Part shown: positions 1 through 12,936 of the stretch, piece by piece
How positions within the stretch are numbered: position 1 is the first letter of the stretch
How the letters are laid out: every line of letters begins with the position of its first letter
Source of the DNA: Octopus vulgaris
Taxonomy: Eukaryota
Assembly: GCA_951406725.2 (NCBI GenBank)
Contig: OX597827.1
Span: forward strand, 5,704,001 to 5,768,000
Reading direction: 5' to 3'
Length of the DNA stretch: 64,000 nt
The notes under the pieces: model-generated
Seen by the model: the letters and a program-made list of their open reading frames with translations, nothing else
The model's database searches: none
What the model was told of the DNA's origin: nothing
Program-made: the position numbers and the translations under genes

Positions 1-1
1 G

Positions 2-422
2 TGAACTCAGGATGGAGCACCTGCTTATGCAGCAAAGAAAGTGGAAATATTTTGCAAGGACAATTTTACTGTTTTTCAGCCCTCTGATTTCTGGCCCTCC
101 TCCAACCCAGATTTGAATCTGCTGGACTATTCTATTTGGGGCACTTTAGAGCATTCTACCAACAGAACATCTCATCCTAGCACTGAACACCTCAAGCAGG
201 TTTTGAAGGAATAATGGGCCAAATTGTTTGAACATTTTATCGTAAAGGGCTGTGAAGCTTTCAGTTGCTGTATCCAATTAGTGATAGAAAATAATGGTGA
301 ATCTCTAGTATTGGCAGTAATAACTTATGTATAAATAATTTTGTAATATGTTGACTCTTCCATGTACAATAAAACATTTTCAAATTCTGTTTGGCTTTTC
401 CAAGATTTGCTTCACTACCCTG
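2..422 (+). mobile_element. 3' part of a decayed Tc1/mariner DD37D (maT-type) transposon
   Basis: Frame +2 reads QDGAPAY...FWPSSNPDLNLLDYSIWG with 37 residues between the two Asp and in-frame stops. Ends ...CACTACCCTG followed by TA (423-424), a typical terminus plus TA target site. Confidence 0.8.
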
Positions 423-1774
423 TACATGTATATGGGGCACTAACATCTTTTAAGTGCTTAAGGCCTCAATGAGTCTTAATCCAACCCTGGCTCGAGCCCA
501 AGAGTTATCAGGGTGCAGGATGTTTTCATTATCTTCAATGAAATGAAGATTTCTTAGATACTGAAGTAAGCGCTAACACACTTAATATTCTCATTATAAT
601 AATTTGTATATTAAGGCTATATCTGTGTTGAGAAGAGGCAAACATTTTTTTAAAATATTTAGCAAAAACTGAACAGAGCCAAGAGGGATAACTCAAAATT
701 AAAAAGTGAAAAAATAATTTCTGAAATGGCTTGACGCACCAGATTGTTTCTAGGGTGAAGACTTATCAGCCAAAGGGTCAATAGGCCATACCTTGTCACC
801 TGCATAACAGAAGACCCCTTAAAATTTAATCACCATAGGTCATCTAGCTGTAAATAGGTACCATATGGAGTTGTAATTCTGAGCTAAAACCTCTCCCATC
901 AGCCTGAAAAACACAATGAAGAAACGATTCCACTTTATCCTTTCTTGAATCAATACAAGAAGGGGAAGATTTCTGTGGTGCCTCCACAACCTTAACATTT
1001 ACAAAACATTATTTTTGAAAGCAAATTGTAAACATACGCAAAAAAGGGCACTTATATGTCCCATTCTCTTTTTCGTTTCACCTATAACGTAAAGCTTGGG
1101 AGGAGACAGAATTCTTGTATTTTATTTTTATCTTTTTCTTGTTTCAGTCATTGAACTGTGGCCATGCTGGGGCATTACATTGAAGGGTTTAGTCAAATGA
1201 ATTGACTTCAGTACTTATTTTTTCAAGTCTGGTACTTGTTCTATTTATTTTGTTGAACTGCTAAGTTATGGGGATGTAAACAAACCAAAACCAGTTGTCA
1301 AAGGTAGACACACAGACAGACAGACAGGCAGGCAGACACACACACACACACACACACACATGATAGGCTTCCACACAGTTTCTTATTTCTTTGTTGCCCA
1401 CAAGGGGCTAAACACAGAGAGGACAAACAAGGACAGACAAACGGATTGAGTCGATTACATCGACCCTAGTGCACAACTGGTACTTAATTTATCGACCCTG
1501 AAAGGATGAAAGGCAAAGTCGACCTCGATGGAATTTGAACTCAGAACATAACAGTAGACAAAATACCGCTAAGCATTTCGCCCAGCGTGCTAACATTTCT
1601 GCCAGCTTGCCACTTTCCACACAGTTTCTGTCAACCCATTTCACCCACAAAGTATTGGTCAGCTTTGGGCTATAGTAGAAGACACTTGCCTACGGTGCAA
1701 ATGGAGTGGGACCGAACCCAAGACCATCTGGCTGCAAAGTGAGTTTCTTAATCACGCAACCATGAGCTAATTAC

Positions 1775-2192
1775 TCTCTTACTCTTTTACTCTTTCACTT
1801 GTTTCAGTCATTTGACTGTGACCATGCTGGAGCACCGCCTTTAGTCGAGCAAATCGACCCCGGGACTTATTCTTTTGTAAGCCCAGTACTTATTCTATCG
1901 GTCTCTTTTGCCGAACCGCTAAGTAACGGGGACGTAAACACACCAGCATCGGTTGTCAAGCAATGCTAGGGGGACAGACACAGACATACAAACACACAGA
2001 CGCATACATATATATATACATATATACGACGGGCTTCTTTCAGTTTCCGACTACCAAAATCCACTCACAAGGCTTTGGTTGACCCGGGGCTATAGCAGAA
2101 GACACTTGCCCAAGGTGCCACGCAGTGGGACTGAACCCAGAACCATGTGGTTGGAAAAAAAGGTACTTACCACACAGCTACTCCTGCGCCTA
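1775..2192 (-). mobile_element. tRNA-derived SINE family A (full length, ~410 bp)
   Basis: Head GGCGCAGGAGT.GCTGTGTGGTAAG with B-box GGTTCAGTCCC, a CORE-like CCTTGGGCAAGTG, an internal TA/TG microsatellite and an (AAAGAGT)n tail. Many near-identical copies occur in the window. Confidence 0.85.
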
Positions 2193-3232
2193 TTACTGTT
2201 AACTTAGAACTGGTTGATTTTATACTCCTTTCATTTTATGTTATAAATATTCATAATCAGTTCATTGTGGAATAGATCTAAATCCTGTACAGTGGCTGAT
2301 TTATAATATGGTAAAAACACAACATTTATGAATATAACATAAACTTATTTTAACTCTAAACAAAATAACTGAAGAAGATCTCACATAATGGATGCATTTC
2401 CTATTATACACTAAACTGACTTGAAACATATGTATTAAATGATTTTAAGATATCACTATCTTGGTTTGACTTCATTTTTACAATTTATACGATTTGATGC
2501 TTGTACAAATTAACCACTTACATGGATTACTCTAACAGAATTAAATATATTCGCCTTGAATCGAAAATTCTGTTACTGTGCACTGCTTCTTAGCATAACA
2601 TGAAAATATATATATATACATATACATATATATATACATATATATATATATATAGGGAGAATAACAAAAGACGAAGGCAGGTGGTGCACAAAACAAACAG
2701 ATGTATTAGTATAATGCTCAGGAATAGAAAAAGTCATTTGCATTTCGAGCCTACGCTCTTCTACAGAAAGGGACATAGAAAAAAACAAGGAGAGAAACAA
2801 AGAGAGAAAAAAATGTGCGTAGTGGCTACCGATCTAAGTAATAAGAGAAGAAAATTCTTTAACACATCTTTATGGATTCGTTACAACTGTTTCTGTACAA
2901 CAATTCTGCTTGCGATGCCAGTTTACATAATATTTGAAGGAAAAATTTACATATTTATGGTTTTAGACATTAGAATGACATTTCATCAGATTTGCATCAA
3001 AGATGCACTTATATATAAAAACGTGTGTGTGTGCATGTGCGCATGTAAGTGTGCACATATACTATCATCATGTCTGGTGTCTACTTTTCTATGCTTGCAT
3101 GGTTCAGACAGATGCCCTTCCTGTCACCAACTCTCACCTGTTTCCAAGTAAGGTAATACCTTCCCCCATGGCCAGATATGTTCTTCACAAAAACTGAAGA
3201 CAAACAACCTTGCTTGTATTATTATTATTATT

Positions 3233-3280
<48 letters not shown>

Positions 3281-3539
3281 CTCATTCACTACCATCACAT
3301 GATTCTAGACTAAGGTGCAAATTAAGTACATACACACACAGCTCCTCTTTAACAATTCTTGGCTAATCACTCTCATCTACTTGTTGCCCATCTCCCTCCT
3401 TCACTTATCTCACAATCCCATCAATCATCTCTCCATCATTCCTGTCCCTCCATCACTCTTATCCCTCCATCACTCATCAATCCAGGCAATGGTAGATGGA
3501 ACAGAGATCTATACACAATAATTTCATTATTACTATTAC

Positions 3540-3603
<64 letters not shown>

Positions 3604-3639
3604 GTTGTTGTTGTTGTTGTTGTTATTATTATTATTATT

Positions 3640-4230
3640 ATTATCATTAGCATCTTCTTTCAATTTTGTTTCCATTTCTTGCCAAGTGTCTTCCTGATAC
3701 CTAGGGCAGAGAAACATACCATATACATTGGTAGGCCATTAAAAAAAAACACCCCTGATTGTTCATTTACAGAGTCACATGACAGAGGAAAAGGGGAAAA
3801 CAGAGAGAAAAAGAAAAAATTAAAAAATAGGAAAGTAAACGGGAGTGGCTGAGTGGTAAGTAGCTTGCTTACCAACCACATGGTTCCAGGTTCAGTCCCA
3901 CTGTGTGGCATCTTGGACAAGTATCTTCTACTATAGCCTTGGGCCGACCAAAGCCTTCCTTTCTTTCCTTTTTTTATCATTCCAAGTGCTCCTACACTCA
4001 CTGGCATCTTGAGATGCCACATCTTTTTGATTTCAATTAACAGATCTTTATATTTTCTGTACTTATGAAGTTCTTTTGCCAAGATATTATGGTCACAGGG
4101 TATGCTCATGTCAATCAATGATCAGATTTTATTGCTTTGTCTTTCACAACAATATCTGGTTTATTTGCCTTGATGGTCCAATCTGTACATACTGGGAAGT
4201 CCCAAAGAATAGTTACATTTTCTGGGTGAT
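3640..4230 (-). mobile_element. Fragmented R4/Dong-like retrotransposon (RLE endonuclease domain and probable 3'UTR)
   Basis: 3965-4225 reads ILWDFPVCTDWTIKANKPDIVVKDK...LIDMSIPCDHN...KYKDLLIEIKKMWHLK.PVSVGALGMIKK. 3640-3740 is a 3'UTR-like segment running into a (TAA)n array. Interrupted by a SINE head at 3838-3956. Confidence 0.75.
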
Positions 4231-4384
4231 GGGGCTCTCTGTCGCATTATCACTTATAACTCACCTTTCCCATCAGTCATTTATGCTGCTCAGATAATAA
4301 TGGTTGGTACAGGCTTATTGGCATTAGGTCTACTTTGTCCCTCTGTGACCATACTCATCACTCTAGCTTTCTCACCTATTAGTA

Positions 4385-4793
4385 TACTCTTTTACTCTTT
4401 TACTTGTTTCAGTCATTTGACTGCGGCCATGCTGGAGCACCGCCTTTAGTCGAGCAAATCGACCCCGGAACTTATTCCTTGTAAGCCCAGTACTTATTCT
4501 ATCGGTCTCTTTTGCCGAACCGCTAAGTGACGGGGACGTAAACACACCAGCATCGGTTGTCAAGCAATGCTAGAGGGACAAACACAGACACACAAACACA
4601 TACATATATATATATATATACATATATACGACAGACTTCTTTCAGTTTCCGTCTACCAAATCCACTCACAAGGCTTTGGTCGGCCCGAGGCTATAGTAGA
4701 AGATACTTGCCCAAGGTGCCACGCAGTGGGACTGAACCTGGAACTATGTGGCTGGTAAGCAAGCTACTTACCACACAGCCACTCCTGCACCTA
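4385..4793 (-). mobile_element. SINE family A
   Basis: Full-length match to 1775-2192. Confidence 0.85.
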
Positions 4794-5056
4794 TATATAT
4801 ATAAGAAAATTGCATTGGACCATCTTCATCACTCTACCTTTCTCACATCATTATGCGCAGCTAGAAAATACTCCATCAAACTGTTTGCACCCAACATACT
4901 CTGACTTCACCCCTTTCTGTTCTGCCACTCACCACTCCCTTTCCCTGCTGCCAGCAATCATACACCTTCACCTTAGTCCAGTAGTATGGCTAGAGGAGTA
5001 AGGTGTAGGGAGGTGACGTCTCAGCCACATTTTTAAGGACATGGAATTTTTGGTTC

Positions 5057-5420
5057 ATCATCATCATCATCATCATCGTTTAACGTCCGCTTTCCATGCT
5101 AGCATGGGTTGGACGGTTCAACTGGGGTCTGGGAAGTCAGGAGGCTGCACCAGGCCAGTCAGATCTGGCAGTGTTTCTACAGCTGGATGCCCTTCCTAAC
5201 GCCAACCACTCCGTGAGTGTAGTGGGTGCCCTTTAAGCGCCACCGACACAGGTGCCAGATGAGGCTGGCGAACGGCCACGCTCGGATGGTGTTTTTTATG
5301 TGCCACCGACACAGATGCCAGACGAGGCTGGCGAACAGCCACGCTCGGATGGTGTTTTTTATGTGCCACCGACACAGATGCAAGACGAGGCTGGCAAACG
5401 GCCACGCTTGGATGGTGTTC
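5057..5420 (-). mobile_element. Repeat family C ((GAT)n-tailed, internal ~61-bp tandem units). Further copies at ~10190-10660(+), 11510-11850(-), 15615-16037(+), 39960-40180(+), 47783-48015(-), 48715-49048(+)
   Basis: Shared core GGTTGGCGTTAGGAAGGGCATCCAGCTGTAGAAAC and 3' end CCAACCCATGCTAGCATGGAAAGCGGACGTTAAAC(GAT)n. Probably a non-autonomous retroposon. Confidence 0.75.
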
Positions 5421-5672
5421 TGCTGTATAATTTTGGTATAGGCTTGGTGTGGCCAGGGGTGAGGTGAAAAGCTTAGGGACTGTCCTAGGTAGCCCACACT
5501 CTAACTACTAGCCACTTCTACTACTGTCCATCCCCATAGGCTTGGGTACAGTGGGTTCAAGCACACACCCTAATTTCTTTTTCTTCTAACTGTGGTTGGG
5601 CAATGAAAACATGTAGAGCACCATGGGTTGGATCTGGGTTCGTATCCACTAAGAAAATTTTATTCCTGTACT

Positions 5673-5885
5673 TTGTTGTAGAGCTGAAGACGAGGCAATT
5701 TCTACTCTTCTCTGGAAGCCATCTACTCGCAATACCAGAGGGCGCACACTCTCCTACCCTGATGTAATCTCCAGGGATACAGGCATCCAGCAACAGGACC
5801 TCCGTAATGCCACGATGGACCGTGAAGTCTGGCGTAGCATGGTAAATTCCATTGTCTCGACCACAGTCGAACAATGATGATGATT
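5673..5885 (+). mobile_element. RTE-clade LINE 3' end
   Basis: Frame CCRAEDEAISTLLLWKPSTRNTRGRTLSYPDVISRDTG...DREVWRSMVN, followed by a (TGA)n tail. Confidence 0.75.
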
Positions 5886-7429
5886 ATCACTCCACCCTAA
5901 GTCTTCGCTCGAATTAATGTATCTCTAACATCACACTTTATTCCTTTCGCCTACCCATACCGGTTTCCCTTTCTTTCTATCTGCCTGTCTCTCCCGGAGG
6001 GCTCATTATCCGAAGCAATCAAGCACGTTGCTTAGTATCCAAGCAAGAACAGTGAAGCCACGAAGGGAGGTAACTGTGTTCTCCCCAGCAACAATTGATG
6101 CCGTTTAATTGGCACCAAAACGAAGTTCTTGAGAGAAAAACACGAATCAACAAAGGGGAAAATAAAGTCGTGTTTTAAATCCTCAGGATTTAAAATCTCA
6201 TTAATTTCTACTTTGAAAAAGGGTAAAAAAAAAAAAAAAAAAAAAATTATGTCAGATTTGCGACGAAATACAAAACAATGTTTCTTTAACTTTTTTTATT
6301 ATTATTATTATTATTTTTGTTTTTATTTTTTTTTTTTGTGTGTGTGTTTCGTCTTTTATTCAGTTTTGTTCCAGTCGCTATTACAATTCCTATACAAGTT
6401 TAAAACTTAGTAGAGCTATTAAACTGGCTTTTGATCCTCTAACATCAACCTTGTAACCTCTCAGAAACGTTGAGATAACAGACGAATTGATTTTTTTTTT
6501 TTTTTCAAAAATAAGTGAACACCACACACACACACACGCACACACATACACACACACACACATATACACACACATTTATACATACACACGTATTTAAAAA
6601 CAAGTGATCGAAATAAATGTGATAAATAAGCTAAGGGGTGATATACGCAAAAGATTCTCAATTAATTGAAATTTCCTCTTTAGTTTGTGGAAATACAAAT
6701 AAAAATATCCAAATATCTGTGTTCTCTACAAAGAAATACACACACACGCACACACACACACACAGATACACACACACACACATACACACACACATACACA
6801 CACACATACACACACACATACACACACACATACACACACACACATACACATACACATACACACATACACGCACACACATACACACACACATACACACACA
6901 CACATACACACAGAAATACAAATAAAAATATCCAAATAGCTGTGTTCTCTACATAGAAATACATACACACGCACACACACACACACACACATACACATAC
7001 ACACATACACACACACACACATACACACACACACACATACACACACATGCACAAACACACACACACACAGACACATACATACGCACGCACACACACATAG
7101 GCGCGCGCACACACACACATATTCAGGAACGTTGCGGCACACACACGTTCACACGCATACATACATGTCCTCACACTCATCCACCTATGCAAATATACTC
7201 GTGTGTTCACGCATCGTAAAACACAAGCAAATAAACACGACCGAAAAACAAAACTAATACTGAAATATAAATATAAATTCAGCTTCACCGCCAACCCCAG
7301 ATACAAACATCATACACACACACACACACACACGCACGCATGCACGCACACACACATATACATATACATTCTCCACGACATCTGAACACACACACGCGCG
7401 CGCATACACCCGTTTTTATCTTTTATCTC

Positions 7430-7833
7430 TCTCTTTACTCTTTCACTTGTTTCAGTCATTTGACTGCGGCCATGCTGGAGCACCGCCTTTAGTCGAGCAA
7501 ATCGACCCCGGGACTTATTCTTTGTAAGCCCAGTACTTATTCCATCGGTCTCTTTTGCCGAACCGCTAAGTGACGGGGACGTAAACACACCAGCATCGGT
7601 TGTCAAGCAATGCTAGAGGGACAAACACAGATACACAAACATATACACACACATACATATATATATGTACATATATACGACAGGCTTCTTTCAGTTTCCG
7701 TCTACCAAATCCACTCACAAGGCTTTGGTCGGCCCGAGGCTATAGTAGAAGACACTAACCCAAGGTGCCATGCAGTGGGACTGAACCCGGAACCATGTGG
7801 TTGGTAAACAAGTTACTTACCACACAGCCACTC
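7430..7833 (-). mobile_element. SINE family A
   Basis: Near full-length copy. Confidence 0.85.
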
Positions 7834-8364
7834 TGTTTCTTTACTACCCACAAGGGGCTACACACAGAGGGGACAAACAAGGACAGACAAACGGATTGAG
7901 TCGATTACATCGACCCCAGTGCATAACTGGTACTTAATTTATCGACCCCGAAAGGATGAAAGGCAAATCGACCTCGGCGGAATTTGAACTCAGAACGTAA
8001 CGGCAGACAAAATACGGCTACACATTTGGCCTGGCGTGCTAACGGTTCTGCCAGCTCGCCGCCTTCCGTATCTTTTATCGTTTGTTTCAATCACTGGACT
8101 CTGGTCATGTTGGAGCAATGCTTCGAATCGACTCCAGTACTTATTTGTACCAAAGTCCTGTATTTATTCTATCAACATTCTTTTACTGAACCGCTAAGTT
8201 ACAGAGACATAAACAAACTAACACCCGTTGTCAGGTGGTGTTGGGAGACAAAATACACAGAAACACACACACACACATACACACACACACATACACAATT
8301 TGCTTACACATAGTCTCAGTCTAACAAATTCTCTCACAAGGCATTGGTCAACCCTGTGTGCTAT

Positions 8365-9097
8365 ACTCTTTTACTCCTTTACTTGTTCCAGTCATTTGAC
8401 TGCGGCCATGCTGGAGCACTGCCTTTAGTCTAGCAAATCGACCCCAGGATTTATTCTTTGTAAGCCTAGTACTTATTCTATCAGTCTCTTTTGCCGAACC
8501 GCTAAGTTACGGGGACATAAACACACCACCATCAGTTGTAGGGGGGGACAAACAAAGACACACAAACATATACACACACATACATACATATATATATATT
8601 TAAATAGGTGAATGAATTGTCCTATGTTTATCGTCAGCATGGAAAATTCGTTTAACTGAAACCTGGCTAGCAAATTCACGTCAAAAAACACGGTTGAAGC
8701 GACCTGTCAAGGGTAGAAACTCCAGGTTTATGTGTAGAAATTTGTGTGTTGTCTATGAATAAATGAAAGAATGGAGTCGAATGAAGATGTTAACAAAATT
8801 CCTTTACTCTCGACACATGTGGAATGAGAACATGCTGTCTTCGAAACATGTGTCGAAAGTAAAGGAATTTTGTTAACATCTTCGTTCGACTCCATTCTTT
8901 CATTTATATATATATATATATATATACATATATACGATGGGCTTCTTTCAGTTTCCGTCTACCAAATCCACTCACAAGGCTTTGGTCGGCCCGAGGCTAT
9001 AGTAGAAGACACTTGCCCAAGGTGCCACGCAGTGGGACTGAACCCGGAACCATGTGGTGGTTGGTAAGCAAGCTACTTACCACACAGCCACTCCTAC
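8365..9097 (-). mobile_element. SINE family A interrupted (about 8600-8906) in its internal TA tract
   Basis: The tail half lies at 8365-8600 and the head half at 8907-9097. Confidence 0.8.
8760..8906. repeat. Inverted repeat (61-bp arms, 2 mismatches, 25-bp spacer)
   Basis: 8760-8820 vs 8846-8906. Confidence 0.9.
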
Positions 9098-9690
9098 TAT
9101 AGTAGAAAACACTTGACAAAGGTGGTGCATAGAAGGACTGAACCCAAAACCAGGTGGTTCCAGAAGAAGCTTCTTTGCCACACTGATGTTTCTTTTACCC
9201 GTTTCTTGTTTCAGTCACTGAACTGTGACCATGCTGCAGCACCACCTTGAAGGGTTTTGCTTAACAAATTGACCCCGTATTGGCTCTAATTTCAATAGGA
9301 AATCTTGTAGGAATTACTTTTAAAAAAAAATGATTTAATTGCACTGCTAACACAGATAGGACTTATATGCCTTTAATATACTTGGTAGTATATTGTTGCA
9401 TAACGAAACACGGTACTCCTATCAACAATTAATATGCATGTACCAGTTTAGGCAGTGAGCTGGCAAAATTGTTAATAGCCTTTTGGGGTTAATAAAATAA
9501 GTATCAGTTGAGTACTGGGGTCAATGTAATCAACTTAACCCCACCCCCAAAATTGCTGGCCTTGTGCCAAAAATTTGTAATCAATATGTACCAGTTGTCA
9601 GCAATGTGATTAATATATAAAAGTGCTATATCAAATTGTGTTACACTGCTATATTTAGTGGCTATTTAAGCAATGTGTTTGAGGCAGGTT

Positions 9691-9753
9691 AATAGGTTAG
9701 ATGTGGTGCTGATGAAAGAGCAAGAACTCCCGAAATATGTATATACACCTATT
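9691..9753 (+). ncRNA. Minimal type-I hammerhead ribozyme-like motif, copy 1
   Basis: AATAGGT...CTGATGA-aaGAG caagaa CTCcc-GAAA-tatg-TA|...ACCTATT. The GUA triplet is intact, but stem II and proximal stem I are weakened. Confidence 0.55.
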
Positions 9754-10062
9754 TCCTATTTTCCTATCTTTGATCACATTGTTTACATAGATGTAGTCAT
9801 ATATGAAATGTCATAACTTTAAAAACTTCATAACTTTAAAAAAAAGTTATTTAATTGCACTGCTAGCAGTTGAAGTATTGACCTATAAGTCTTTCATATA
9901 CTTGATAGTATATTATGGTTGCGTAATGAAACATGTGTCCCAACCAGTAATTAATAGGTATGTACCAGTTGCCAAGAATGTGTTTAATATGGAAAATTGG
10001 TATCCAATTGTATTACATTGCTAAATTTAGTGGCAATTTAAGCAATGTGTATGTGGATTGTT

Positions 10063-10124
10063 AATGGGTTGGATGTGGCGCTGAAGAAGGAGCAGAATTC
10101 CTGAAATACGCATATATACCCATT
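10063..10124 (+). ncRNA. Minimal type-I hammerhead ribozyme-like motif, copy 2 (cleavage triplet mutated to GCA)
   Basis: AATGGGT...CTGAAGA-AGGAG cagaa TTCCT-GAAA-tacg-CA...ACCCATT. Stem II is good and stem I shows a compensatory change relative to copy 1. Confidence 0.5.
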
Positions 10125-12936
10125 TCCTATATTATTATATTCGATGGCTTTGTTTATATAGACATTGTTGTTTATGAGTCATGTACATCAATATCAAAAT
10201 AATTATCAAATGGAAATTGTAGTTACGATACCTGTGCCGGCGGCACTTAAAAAGCACCATCCGAACGTGGCCGATGCCAGCATCACCTTAACTGGCTTCT
10301 GTGCCAGTGACACATGACCTGCTGTGCTTGAGGAGACCTATTGAGTCAAGCACATCAACATCGAAATAAATATCAAATGGAAATTGTAGTTATGATACCT
10401 GTGCCGGTGGCACGTAAAAAGCACCATCCAAACGTGGCCGATGCAAGCGCCGCCTTGACTGGTTTCTGTGCCGGTGGCACGTAAAAAGCACCCACTACAC
10501 TAATGGAGTGGTGTGTGTTAGGAAGGGCATCCAGCTGTAGAAACACTGCCAGATCACATTGGACCCTGGTGCAGCCATCTGGCTTCCCAGACCCCGGTCA
10601 AACCGTCCAACCCATGCTAGCACGGAAAACAGATGTTAAACGATGATGATGATGATAATGATGAAGCATCACAACTTTAAAACTATCATAACTTTAAAAA
10701 AAGTCATTTAATCACCCAGCTGATACAGGTAGGATGCAGTATTGACCTATAAGAGTTTTGGAGAGCTCACTCAAACAATAGAACAGGCAGTCAAATCTCC
10801 CTCAAACTTCATTCTATAATAGTGGCTTCAAATTTTAGGCTCTAGGTCAGCAATCTTGTGTGAGTGGGTAAGTTGATTTGATCAACCCCAGGGCTCATCT
10901 GGTATTTATTTTATGGATTCTGAAAGGGTGAAAGACGAAATCAACCAAGGCAGCATTTAAAACTTTGTTCTATGATATCTGTTTCAAATTTTAGCACAGG
11001 GCCAGCAATTTTAGGGTGGGGATGTCGAGTATGTTGATCACTACGATCTGAGGGTTCAAATGGTACTTATTTCATCGATTCCAAAAGGATAAAAGACAAA
11101 GTTGGCCTCAGTGGGATTCGAACTCACAATGTGAAGATGGCTGTGAAGATAGAGTAGAAAAGGATATTACTGCAAGATATTTGGCTAATATTCAGAGCAG
11201 TCTCCTGATCTGAGATAGCCTGCTCCTAGTTACTAAACCTACATGGTTTTGAATCTAAGACTCAGTACACATGTAATATAACCTTATCTTCACTTATAGG
11301 ACTTGGGGTGATTTTCTGATACATGTTTTTGGGAAAAAAGTGTATCTTATTTACCATTAACTATGGTATAGATTATTTTTATATCATTATCACTATTCCT
11401 TCTTCTTCTATCTCTCCCCAAAATTAGTATTTTGCTACTAAAATCAATATGAATGAGACAGGAAGAATTTTGATGTTCATGTAGTTTTCTAAGTTATACC
11501 TGGTGTTATCATCATCATCATCGTCATCATCACTAATTAATGTCCGTTTTCCATGCTATCATGGGTTAGATGGTTTGACTGAGAACTGGTAAGCTGGGGG
11601 TCTGCACCAGGTTCTGTTCTCATTTGGCATGGTTTCTGTAGCTGGATGCCCTTCCTAATACCAACCACTCCAAAAGTGTAGATGGTACTTTTTACATGCT
11701 ACAGGCATGGGTACAATTTACACAACATCAGCACCAGCCACAACTATGGTCTTACTTGGCTTGACATGTCTTCTCAAGCATCATATAATGCCAAAGGTCT
11801 TGGTCACTGGTCTAGCATGGTATAATGTCAAAAGTCTTGGTCACTTAAGTTAGTTAATGTTTATCTATTTCTAGTATAGGCAAACACACTATCAAAATAT
11901 TTTGAAGGATATTAATTATATCCTCTGAACTCCAAATACTTGATTGACACTTCATTTTATCAACCCTGGAAGAATGGAAAGCAAAGGTGACCAAAATAGG
12001 ATTTAACTGTAGAGTGTTAAGGCCACAACTGAATACTAATTGTAATAAAGTATTTTTTTCAACAACCTAAAGATTCCACCTTTTACATTTTAATAAATAC
12101 CAAAGTAACATAAAATCATTAAATAGTTAATCTGACATGGAGACAAAAAAAAAAAAAAAACTGATTGAATTTCAATGATTGGTTTTACAGAAATGGATTG
12201 ATTTATTGATGAAGTTAGCTCAGCTTCTGCGATGACTGGGCAGTTCACATTGTGTACTGGTAATTTATACCAGGACCCCCAATTAGGTGTCATCAAGACA
12301 CCTAAGACAAAAAGGGTGTCATCAAGACAAAAGGGTGTCATCAAGACAAAAGGGTGTCATCAAGAATATTTACTTAGAGGTTTGTCATTATCATCATTAT
12401 TCTCATCATCACTGCAACTGCTACCATGGTTACGACATAGACTAAATAGACATTGAAGAACACACTTTAAATTTTGATTAGCTGAGGACAGTGAAAACTG
12501 TCAGTAAAATGTGATTTTCCTTTGCCTGCAGAACTTCTTTTGATACGACTTGCATTAAATTTTATTCACTAAAACTTTTTTTATGCACAAACTTATATCC
12601 GTATGAAAACTTTTTAGTAAAATGTAATTCTCTCACTTTCTATTTTATTTTATTTTATTTTATTTTTGTGTAAAAATGATCTTCTGAAAACACAACCTTG
12701 ATATTTTTATAGTAAAACCATTATATGAAAACATTTGTTGTATGATAACAATTTTGTATCTATATTTCCATGTATAATAGGGATATTTACCATGTGCATT
12801 AAAAAATAAAATAAAGCTTTTCTTCAAATGTGTTAATACACACACACATATATATATATGCATAAATATGTATGTGTGTGTGTGCATATATATATATATA
12901 TGTATATGTGTGTGTGTGTATATATATAGCTCGCCA

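Larger units (their letters stand above)
9315..10755 (+). repeat. Diverged tandem repeat (~372-bp unit; 2 full units plus a partial third) carrying minimal hammerhead motifs, interrupted by two SINE-like insertions
   Basis: Units align along their length (e.g. TTTAATTGCACTGCTA at ~9334 and ~9850). CTGAnGA lies at 9709 and 10081. The insert at ~9449-9585 has the TSD ATGTACCAGTT. Confidence 0.75.

Noticed and set aside
4557-4904. Recurrent ORFs such as MSSNARGT...LPKVPRSGTEPGTMWLVSKLLTTQP and MTTDAGVFTSP...
   Set aside because: These are incidental frames through SINE family A copies, repeated wherever the SINE occurs.
6689-7000. Duplicated ~50-bp unique segment flanking CA repeats
   Set aside because: A simple ~223-bp local tandem duplication mediated by microsatellite, with no further signal.
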